Of a stretch of DNA of 64,000 bases, positions 1 through 9,317 are shown in pieces (the first letter of the stretch is position 1; each line of letters opens with the position of its first letter). Made by a program: the position numbers and the translations under genes. Under the pieces are notes generated by a model. The model saw only the letters and a program-made list of their open reading frames with translations. It was not told the origin of the DNA and did not search any database. This DNA is from Macrostomum lignano (lineage: Eukaryota), in contig NIVC01002956.1 of NCBI GenBank assembly GCA_002269645.1, forward strand, positions 62,001 to 126,000, read 5' to 3'.

Positions 1-507
1 AGCAACAACAGCAACAACTCGGTCGTGTGGTACCCCTTGACCGATGCGGAAATCGATGCGGCCTTCGAAGCTGCCTATGCAGCTGAAGATGCCGACCTGA
101 TGGCGACTGCAGCCGATCTTGCCGCCACCGAATCAAACCAGCCAACGGCTAACGATGACGAAGAAGACGTCTTCTTCGACGCGGAACTTCTGGCTGCCTG
201 CAGCGCTGCTGAGGCGGCTGCTACGGCGGCGCCGGAAGTGCTACCTGTCGTGCTCGCGCCAGCGACCCAGGCCGAATCGAACGCAGCCGCGGACGATGAA
301 TGCGTCATCACGAAGGTGTCAAACGTCGTGGTGCCTTCCAGCAGTGATGAAGATGACTCGTTCAACGAAGGAAGCTCGGTCGCGGCTACTATCAAGCTGG
401 AACTCTTCGCCGACGAGGAGGCCTTCACCAGTGCCCCGACAGCGCTGCAGCCGAAGCGTCAACGGCTGGAGTCCGCTGCTGCTAACCCATCGGTTGTGCC
501 GATGTAG
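1..507 (+). CDS. 3' end of an acidic low-complexity ORF (open from the window edge), basic NLS-like PKRQRL near the C-terminus; function unknown
   Basis: Frame open from base 1 to TAG at 505-507; D/E/A-rich; abuts the (GGC)n run that precedes the YR domain. Confidence 0.4.
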   Translation, partial: SNNSNNSVVWYPLTDAEIDAAFEAAYAAEDADLMATAADLAATESNQPTANDDEEDVFFDAELLAACSAAEAAATAAPEVLPVVLAPATQAESNAAADDECVITKVSNVVVPSSSDEDDSFNEGSSVAATIKLELFADEEAFTSAPTALQPKRQRLESAAANPSVVPM

Positions 508-509
508 CG

Positions 510-1534
510 GCGGCGGCGGCAGCAGCGGCGGCGGCGGCGGCGGCGGCGGCGGTGACGGCGACGAGTCTGGCGATATCGAGGTTGACGAAGATGACGAAGA
601 CGATGACGAAACTGTCGCGGCGCTGAGCGGCAGCGGCGGTGTCCGCCTTAACGCTGAGGAGGTCCAGCTGCGCAATCGGTTTGCGCTGCATGCCACGGTA
701 CAACATCCTCTGCGCATCCAGCCATGGTGCGGCCTTCGCCTGGCCTATTTGGAGCCAAACAGCATCTATAGGCGGGACAATGATAGGCTTTGCCACAAGA
801 AACGCCAGTCTGTCGGTTGCAGCGTGCTCTGTCTGCCAACTTCTTTTGTCGAGATGCTCCGCAAGTGGCGTCGAGGCGCGAGCTTCGGCAACTGCGCCTA
901 TGATGACGAGGTCTTTGTATTTTGCACCCGCAATGGCACGCGTATGTCTCCGTCGACATTCAGCCACGCTGTGGAATCCGGAGTAGCTGGCATCCTACAT
1001 CGGGAAGGCGTCGGGCCAACTGTGTTCCGCAGCTCGACGCAGGACGTCGTCATGGCGAACAACCCTGATCTAATACAGCAGATGGCGGCGCTGTATGAGA
1101 CTTCGACAACCATGATTATGCGACACTACGCACCGAACGCTGTGCTCGCCAGTCGTACAGAAATGCAGGTCACCGTCAGCGGAATGATTGAGCAGCGGGC
1201 AGCATCAACGTCCCAGAAGCAGCAGCAGCAGCAGCAGCGGGAGCTGATCGCCGCTCGGGTCTCGCAGGAGCTGCCGACTCAGCAGCGGCAGCAGCCAATG
1301 TCGCAGAAGCGGCAGCAACAGCAGCGGCATTCGGAGGTGGTTGCAGTGCCGCAACTCGCGTCGAAACGGCGGGCTGCTGTGGACGCCACGCGCTCCTTGT
1401 TGCTGTCCAGTGCAGCGGCGGCGGCTGCGGCGGAGTTCGACTGGTCCGATGCGGCGGCGGCGACGTCCGGCTGCAAAGCCAGACGCAACGGCAGTAAGAA
1501 ACCTAAATTGTGCCGCGTGTCGGCCTCTGTCTAA
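510..1534 (+). CDS. Tyrosine recombinase-like catalytic domain (YR copy 1; Crypton/PLV-type), N-terminal half apparently missing
   Basis: Motif order HPLRIQPW (box I Arg) ... HKK ... VFVFCTRNGTRMS ... GPTVFRSS (box II x-x-x-R) ... LYETSTTMIMRHY (nucleophile Tyr); a paralogue is present at 14312-19535. Confidence 0.7.
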
Positions 1535-1884
1535 TAAGCGACTTTTTGCGACAGGCATGTGTCTGACCTTTGGAAGCCGTCTCCTTTTATGTATGTGTCG
1601 TTGCTGTTTCTCTCCCTATGTTTCATTGCACGCTCGATGTGACACTGTGGTGGTTGCACTACGCGTGGTGCAGGTTGTGTTTGCTCCCTCTTTGTCTAGA
1701 TAGTTGGCTATTTATTTTGTTGTAACATCCGCGTTCAGCATCATATACCCCTACGCCTATTATCCACACAGGCTATCAGCTATTGACTGATTGTATAGCT
1801 ACAATCTATTGGCCATAAATAGCTGCCAGTCCCCGATTCTTGCTGTTTTTACGCTCTATAGCTAGTGTGTACTTAATTACCACA

Positions 1885-1942
1885 GGCAGATTTGAAATTG
1901 CTGCTTGGCACCTCCGGTGCCAAGCACAATTTCTTATCTGCC
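1885..1942. repeat. Hairpin: ~26-bp imperfect inverted repeat with 5-nt loop (ctccg), built from the shared GTGCCAAGCACAATTTC motif
   Basis: aggcagatttgaaattgctgcttggcac (1885-1911) pairs with gtgccaagcacaatttcttatctgcct (from 1917). Confidence 0.85.
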
Positions 1943-2070
1943 TCGCCTCACCTCAGCCGCCTACTAATTCTAGTTATAGTACACTGTAGTAGTTGTAGTG
2001 TGCACCTACTTTTGTTCTTTTAACACTCTAGTAGCAATAGTAGCTGTAGTGCTAGCACAATCACGGCAAG

Positions 2071-2183
2071 GTGCCTAACACAATTCCCCTAAATTAATAG
2101 CCGGTGAGTAGTGCTGTCTGTCAGACAATACAGTTGTGCTGCGCTTAGCTACGCGTATATTTAACGGGAATTGTGCTGGGCAC
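2071..2183. repeat. Second inverted pair of the same motif
   Basis: gtgcctaacacaattccc (2071-2088) vs gggaattgtgctgggcac (2166-2183); 16/18 complementary. Confidence 0.8.
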
Positions 2184-2425
2184 TGTGCCGCGATTGTGCT
2201 ATCTCCCATCCCATTGTGTGCTTCTGTTATCTGCTCTAATTGAATGTCTATATTTATATATACAACGTTTACATTGTTATATTAGCTACTGTGTCATATG
2301 TCTCGCTCGCTTTTTTTATTATAGCAGCCACATTATGCAATGCAATAATCTTATAGTCTATAGTGTTTCTATACAGTCTTTTATAGCGTGCCCGCATATA
2401 CTCACCGCATCCCGCGATTACACGG

Positions 2426-2538
2426 CTGCCCGCTTTGCCTCCTTTTTCCGGATACAATGTACAGTCTACGACTGCCCAAATATACACTGTGTATGCCCGA
2501 ATTTACAACAGCGGGGCAAGTTTATTGACAAATTTTTT
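2426..2538. repeat. Conserved right-end block of YR unit 1
   Basis: ctgcccgct...tacactgtgtatgcccgaatttaca...gacaaatttttt is homologous to 20242-20377 (direct) and to 14125-14218 (inverted, 24/25 in the core). Confidence 0.75.
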
Positions 2539-2539
2539 C

Positions 2540-5268
2540 TATTCTTATTTTTTCTTAGAATTTTTTCTTGTAATGCTCACACCCATTCCCGCCGGGAAAA
2601 GTTTCTAAAGTACCACAGAGTTTCTACATAGACTTCACTTATACTTATTGACTGCCTGCGCGTAGAGTTTGCACAGAGATTTTCTGTTTCAAGCAAATAT
2701 ACATACATAGATTCAGACGCCAGTTTCGACTCTGATACTTCGTCGAGTCAGTATTCCACCGCTGATGAAACTTTCGAATGGTCTGAGGACGATGAGATGG
2801 ACATCGCTGAGAACAACGAGCAAGCCGGTGGGTGGCACATGGTTCAACCGAATGAGGACAACAGGCCATCAGCCCTACCCGATTTTCTCGGAACACCTGG
2901 CATCCGACCAGACTGGCAGCCTCCACCAACTGCTGATGGAAACGAAATGCTTTCCTAAAGCTTTTTTTTCAGACCAGTTGTTCGAAGACCTCAGCAATTG
3001 GACTAATGCTAAGGCTTGGAGAATTTTCAAGAAGCCGAAACAGAGGCTGCACTGCCGAAGCAAGTGTTGAAATGGCGGGACTCAACGACGGATGAAGTTC
3101 GTTAGTTGGAATCGTGCTTTTGATGGGTGTCGACAAGAAGCCGGAAATCGCCAACTACTGGTCAACCGATCCAGCGTTTCATTGCTCCCTTCTGGCCAAG
3201 CCATTCTCGCTCTCAAGAGACCGCTTCAAGCAGCTGCTGTCCTGCCTGCGTTTTTACAACTGCGCTGAGGCTTTAGGAGATGGCCCTCTGGCAAAGATGG
3301 AGCCCTTTCTGCACAGCGTAAAGCATCTGTGCAGCAACAATTACATGCCACGGCAGTGACTGTCGGTTGATGAGACACTCGTTTTGTACAAGGGCAGAGT
3401 TGCTTTTAAACAGTACATTCCAACAAAGAAAAGTAAATACGGAATTAAAATGTATTGTATCTGTGAGAGTGAGAGTGCGTACTTATGGAACTTCGTCGTC
3501 CACACATTCCCTGAGGTCAATAATCAGTTCGGTGAAGGCCTCGGGTGTCAGGACTTGACGATGAGTGAGAAGGTTGTTGCAGAACTGTGCCGCAGTTTGC
3601 TTAATCTTGGACACCACGTCTTGACCGACAGTTGGTTTAAGTCTCAGCGGCTGGCTACTTGGCTGTTGCAGCATGATACGCTGCTAACCGGAACAGTACG
3701 GAAAAACCGCGGTATCCCAGCTGAACTGCAAGCTGCCAACCTACATCCGAGTTCATCTGCATTCGCTCGCTCAGGGAACCTACTGGCTTGCAAATTTGTC
3801 GACAGGAAGCAGAGCGGCATAAAAACTGTGTATCTGCTAGATACAGCAGGAAAAGCTTATTGCATCCAGGTCCATCGTACCCGTCGTGGAGGTGCCGTGC
3901 AGGTGGTGCCGAAGCCTGTAAGTGTGTTAGCATACTGTGCCAGCATGGGTGGTGTTGACCATCTGGACGCTTCAATGCACCCTTACCTAGCCAATCGTAA
4001 GAGCATGCGCTGGTTCCACAAGCTTGGGTTCCACCTTTTCCTGATGCTTGTGAGAAATGCCTGGGTCATCTTCAAGCAATCGGGCGGCACAAAGACCTTC
4101 TTGCAGTTTATAAGGCTCGCAGTCAAATATCTGTTGGAGGACACTGGTGTTGCCAGGCGACGCGGTCGAATGCCAGATGGAGCAGCTGCCGGTGCTGTAG
4201 CAATGGAGCTGCTGCTCATTCTCCAAGCAAAGCTCCCAGACACAGGGACCAGGCTCGGCCACGCAAACGATGCCGAGTATGCTATGCGGCTGGCCAAGTG
4301 AAGAAGACAGTGTTTGTATGCGAAGCTTGCCCGGGAACGCCAGCACTCTGCCTTGGTGCTTGCTTCATGCAATTTCAAACCAATTAGGTCTGACGCCTGG
4401 CGATGTGTATTAGACAGTATAGAAAATATTGTAGTATCCACCCTTTCCGCAAATTTGCCTTTCTATTTTGACTTCATTTTGAATTGGTGCCACCACAGCC
4501 CCTGGTTACAGATAGTCCAGAAATTGTCCTGGTTACAGAAACTACTAATATGAGACGTAGGAATCAGAAAACAGTAGAAGAGGGTAGGGTCATGAGCACA
4601 GGGGTAGAGGTGAGGGAATTACAATAGGAAGGGGCGGATTCGCACAGTGATAACCGCAGGCGCAGAGACGGGGGAGGCAGGGGGTGTTAGAGATGGCGAG
4701 GATTCGCAATCAATCCAGGGACCCGGTCTCTCAGCTCCTAGACCTCAGTCCTAGCACCAAGGCCCCTTGAAATAAAATAATATATTTGTTGCATTATCGT
4801 GGATAGAAATTACATTATTCCGTATTAATTTGGAGTTATAATAAATTTAGATGCTTGTTGTTTTGTATTACCTGTTTCTTTCCAGTTTTCTAAAAGTTTT
4901 CTAAAATCAACTCTACAGAAAATGACGTGACAGCGTGACAATTGTGACAGCTTCCCTCCATTTTTGACCACTCCAGTTAAAAAAATGACCCCACTTCACT
5001 ATGTTCTAATATAATTTAAGTCGTTAACTTTTAAACAAAGAAAAATATATGAGTAATTGAAATTACTTTGTTTTGTTACAGTCTATCTTTTCTAAGTGCG
5101 TTTTCACTATCTTATTGGCCACTACTTGACCCGATTTCGGGCCACATCAGTCCAGAACGGGTGTGCTAATTTTGCTGGTTTTTTGGCCATAGATATAAAA
5201 AAATTCCCCGTTGGCTTTGGGTGTTGAGCCATGACCCGAATTTGGGCCATCCGTCAGCTCATGGTTAA
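2540..5268 (+). mobile_element. piggyBac-family DNA transposon, defective; right end ...TGG|TTAA at 5264-5268, left TIR not found
   Basis: Contains the transposase remnant; subterminal palindromic repeats gacccgatttcggg (~5129) and gacccgaatttggg (~5233); TTAA at 5265-5268. The left boundary is approximate. Confidence 0.65.
2710..4387 (+). pseudogene. piggyBac transposase pseudogene (stops and frameshifts)
   Basis: SRDRFKQLL, SVDETLVLYKG, KYGIK, TDSWF, GTVRKNR, MGGVDHLD; the C-terminal Cys-rich domain RCRVC...VCEAC...LCLGACF is in another frame, ending at TAG 4385-4387; in-frame TGA at 3357-3359. Confidence 0.92.
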
Positions 5269-5311
5269 TGGGATAGCGCATTTCATATTAGGGACTATAA
5301 CTAGTCTTTAG

Positions 5312-5365
5312 TTATACATTAATATACAATGTATTAATGTATAAATAATGTATTAATATACATTA
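5312..5365. repeat. AT-rich palindromes: perfect 13-bp arms with 7-nt spacer, followed by an 8-bp-arm palindrome
   Basis: ttatacattaata-tacaatg-tattaatgtataa (5312-5344); taatgtat-taat-atacatta (5346-5365). Confidence 0.85.
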
Positions 5366-5493
5366 AGTTTATAGGTTAATGTATATAAACTTAAGCTTCC
5401 CCCTTCTAGTAGAAGCAGAGCAGCAGTCTTTATGGTTAGATCGCAGAAGAATAGCGCATCGTCTCACACAGTTCCAGCAGCAGCATCGTGAGC

Positions 5494-7945
5494 ATGTTCG
5501 ACGACGACGACGACGAGATAATGTTAAGTGTGGAAGAGCAGCTCGAGCTCGAAGAACAAGTTGCTGCTGAAGAGCGGCAGGCGGAGCAACTGCAGATGGA
5601 AGCTGCCGCTGCTGTTGCTACTTGTCATGAGGAGGAGTTGGAAGCTGCCGCTGCTGTTGCTACTTGTCATGAGAAGGAGTTGGAAACTGCCGCTGCTGTT
5701 ACTACTTTTCATGAGGAGCAGCAACCCAGTCGCCGGCGGATGCTATTAGAAGATGTCAGCACGCCGCAGACGAGCAGCGCAACGCCCTCTCGGCGCATCA
5801 TAGCCAATGAGACGCCGGAACCAAGCCAGCAGCGCGGCTTGCTTAACAAGCTGCCGCGATTAATTGTCTACAGCAGCGGTAGCGACGACGAACAGCAGCA
5901 GCATCCTGCTGACCACGTCGCCGGCTGCGGCGACCAGCCGCCGACTCTGCAGTTTATTCCGAAGGCGTCGCCCTCATTCCATACTACTGACTCTGCTGCC
6001 GCTGCTGCTCAAGCGTCACCGAAGCCGCACCTTCTACGGCAGCCTAGGATCGGCCCGTGCGGCATCGGCGCGCCCTGGCGCTTCACCACTCGCCCTGCTG
6101 CTCCTACTGCTGCCTTCCGATTCATGACGCCGACAGCCTCACCGAGACCTCGGTCGAGCCGCCCGCCGACGACGTTCTACCCGAGAGGTAGGTTACGTGC
6201 ATTTCGCGCTCACACTTTTGCTCATGCTACATTCTCTCATATTACAGTAGTATCATTTTCACATTGTTGTTTCCCGACGACACAGGAGCCACCGCCGCAG
6301 CCGTACCGCAGTCGAGTGCTACGCAGCGCGAGCGGGCTTTGGCCTCTGGCTACGAGCTGGCGGCCAGGGAGATGGAGGCGACAGCTAAATATAACCTCGC
6401 AGAGACGACCTGCCCGGCCGGCGAGATCCCACTGTTCCACGAAGAGGGGGAGGAACGGCAGCAGCAGCCGGCTAGCACCTCGCCGAAGGGAACGAGCTCG
6501 CGCCTTCTGGCATCGTCCGTGTCGCTGCATCCCAGCGACACCATACCAAACGACATAATGTTTTCGGCTAATGCGAGCCGGCGTTCGCATCGTGCAATGT
6601 CGGTGATTCAGCTGTACTACGTCAAGAACGCGCCCCAGATGAAGCTGATGATCAACGGCACCTGGAGCGGCGACTTCGCGACACAGTTTGCCATAGGTGA
6701 GTGAGTGAGTGTTTGCGTCGTTTCACAAGTGTCTGAAAAACTCATAACAATTATCTTCTACGTAGAACATGCGATTTTAAGAAACTCTTTAACCCATCCC
6801 CCAACGCCACCACAACAAACAACAACTACTACTACTGTATGTAATAAGGCCTGGCAGATAACGAATTTATGCTGACTCCCGCGCACATGACTGACGCGTA
6901 CGCCCCGACTCCATCTTGCCCTGTGGACAAGACACGATCGCTGTTGATATTTTTGCGATCCAATGCCATGCACAATTCCTTCTTCGCGTCTGGCTCCAGC
7001 CTGCACACCTTTGCGGTGCAGGGATGGACATGCGCCGAGATCAGGAGCGTGCGCTCAGCAGCTGCCGAAATATGACGGGTGACCATGCACGACCCCACAG
7101 CCGCCATCACCGAAATCGACGACGCTTGTCTGTCCCGCGTTGTCCAACTGTACAGATGGGCTATGTCATATCCGCTGGGGAGTATGGCACCGCGACCAGA
7201 CGACCCCCATCTCGTCTGCGGTAATCCACTGCTTTTGAAGCAGACCATGGATTACTTTACAACGGTGCAACAGATGCGCAGAATTCGTGCCGAAGAGCAC
7301 GGCGTGTCACTGCTCCCCAGCACCATTGTCTGGCCGAGTATGTGCGGGGCATGTCACCCTCTGCCTGTACAATGCATGCAGGTGCCTCCACGCGGCGACA
7401 CAGCCGCTTCAAATACGGATCAGCCGGGGTGCAGCAATGTGGCAACACACCGCATCGCGCTAGGTGGAAGCTGCGCGATTCAGCAGGCAATCTGCACAGC
7501 GATGCGGCAGACTGTAGTTGTGCCCTCAATCCTGTACCTATGGGGTGCCAGTGGAGTGGGCAAATCAGCAATGGTGGGCCTGCATTTTGGTCGTGAGACC
7601 GTATTCACTCCGAACCTTGACGAGGGTTTTGCCTTCGACGGTCTGCGCCTGGGCATTCATAGGTGTCTGTTCTTTGATGAGCTAAGCGTCTCGCAGGCCT
7701 CCTCGCAGCAGCTGCTTCTGCTGCTCAATCGCGATAAATTTACCATCAACGCCAAGCACAAGGCCCTCATTCTGACTGAATGGAGCGGCCCGGTGATGCT
7801 CGCTGGCCATGTCCCTCCCGCCGATCTGCCCATAGACTTTGTCAGGCGGGTCAACTCCGGCGGCCAGTGTATTCACGTGAAGCACGACATATTCCGGTGC
7901 ACCGGCTGCCAGCTGCAGGATGATGCTCGCGCAGAGTCTGATTAG
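5494..7945 (+). pseudogene. Three-exon gene encoding an acidic N-terminus plus a CRESS-virus Rep-like SF3 helicase; one in-frame TGA (7073-7075). Exons 5494-6187, 6286-6696, 6849-7945
   Basis: Walker A LYLWGASGVGKS, AFDG, Walker B CLFFDE, B' LLLLLNRDKFTINAKHK, motif-C-like WSGPVMLAGHVPP, Arg finger FVRRV; two phase-1 GT-AG introns (gtaggt at 6188, gtgagt at 6697) join three ORFs in frame. Confidence 0.75.
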
Positions 7946-8346
7946 AGCTTGATTAGCTGGATTGATGAACAACGGGGCAGATAAACGATGACGCACTGCT
8001 TTCCCTGCCCTTAAATATTCCCAAATCCCGATTCCCCTCCTAGCAATCAAGCCGGCCTTATATGCATTAGTAGTGGATTTTGTTGTTGTTGCTAGGCTGC
8101 TCACATAGTGCAGGATGCGCCGTAGAACGCAGGTAAACACAAAGCTAGGTAATATTACTCGTGCGTCAGCAACGCAACAAAGTTCACATTTGGCCGTTCA
8201 AGTTCCAACAATTTCGTGTTACAGCTATTATACGAGCCACTGCAGGGACAGTAAAAATTCAACTATTCTGCAGCTTTATGTGCACCTTTTGCTGCTTTAG
8301 CAGGCGCGAGCATTAGAGCCTTAACGCTACTGTAACTAAGGATAAA

Positions 8347-8445
8347 GTGCCAGACAAAACATCGGAAAAGTGCTACATTCATTTTCATACATTTCCGTAA
8401 GGCGTGTTGGCACAGTAGCACTATCGCGAAATTGTGCTTAGCAAC
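8347..8445. repeat. Inverted pair of the shared ~30-bp motif downstream of the Rep-like gene
   Basis: gtgccagacaaaacatcggaaaagtgctac (8347-8376) and gtagcactatcgcgaaattgtgcttagcaac (8415-8445); each about 23/30 identical to copies at 19990 and 19851. Confidence 0.75.
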
Positions 8446-8853
8446 ATTCCCATAAAAAGATAAATGGCACATCCAAGCCATGCAGAGGCGATTAGTAGCT
8501 GTAACAGTTATACTTTCCCTTTGTTTTTGTGTGTTTTTTAGTTATCGCTTTTAAAGGAAGGAATAGCACCAGTTCGTCTTGTTTCATACTTAAAGGGGTA
8601 TTTTTGGGGCATTTCCATTCTCGTGGGTTTCTATATTGCAATATTGTTGTTGTCTGCAGTTTTGTTGTGGCTAATGTGCCGCGTATATACAATTTTACAG
8701 TCTCAATACCGGCGGTAGTAAGTATTAATCTCGTTGCAATTTTCGACACCCTCTTTTTGAAATATATGAAACAAGCAATCTACATCTCCTTTTGAAAACC
8801 ACCTTTTGGAACTACTAAACTGTATACTTTGAGTATCGATTCAATACTTCGTT

Positions 8854-9040
8854 GTAGACTCACTCAGCTAGCGTGCTGCTTTTAGGGGGGGGGGTTAACC
8901 ATAAACTATAGACCCCGGACCGTCCCTCTTCTCTACTTCGTTAGACACACTCAGTGTACTGTTTTAGTAGGGGGGGGGTTTAAACCATAGACTATGCATC
9001 GATCGCAGACTCTAGACCCAGACCGTTCCCCTCCTCAACC
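8854..9040. repeat. Imperfect tandem duplication of ~85-95 bp with poly-G
   Basis: agac(t/a)cactcag...ttt..gggggggg.ttaaccata.actat...agacc.c.gaccgt.ccct occurs twice. Confidence 0.7.
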
Positions 9041-9226
9041 ACTGCAGTTCATTCTTAAAGAGGTCCAGCATTTCTGTACCCCGCCCGCTGCAAGCAACCA
9101 ACAACTCGTATAATCCACATAATTTCTGCGGCTTTAGCAGGCGCGAACATTAGAGCCTTTGACTTAACTTAACTTAACTTTAACTTAAGGATAAAGTGCC
9201 ACATTCATATCCATACATTTCCGCAA

Positions 9227-9273
9227 ATGTTCAGCTTTCTGCGCCTCCTCTTTGGCGACGACGCCGCAGCTGA

Positions 9274-9317
<44 letters not shown>

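Noticed and set aside
4552-4778. Possible short retro-insertion within the piggyBac 3' region (A-rich end, taatat on both sides)
   Set aside because: A 6-bp AT-rich match is too weak and there are no internal diagnostic motifs
6916-7224. CHAQFLL as a HUH/HUQ motif II of Rep
   Set aside because: Lies in a different frame from the spliced frame that continues into the helicase; probably chance
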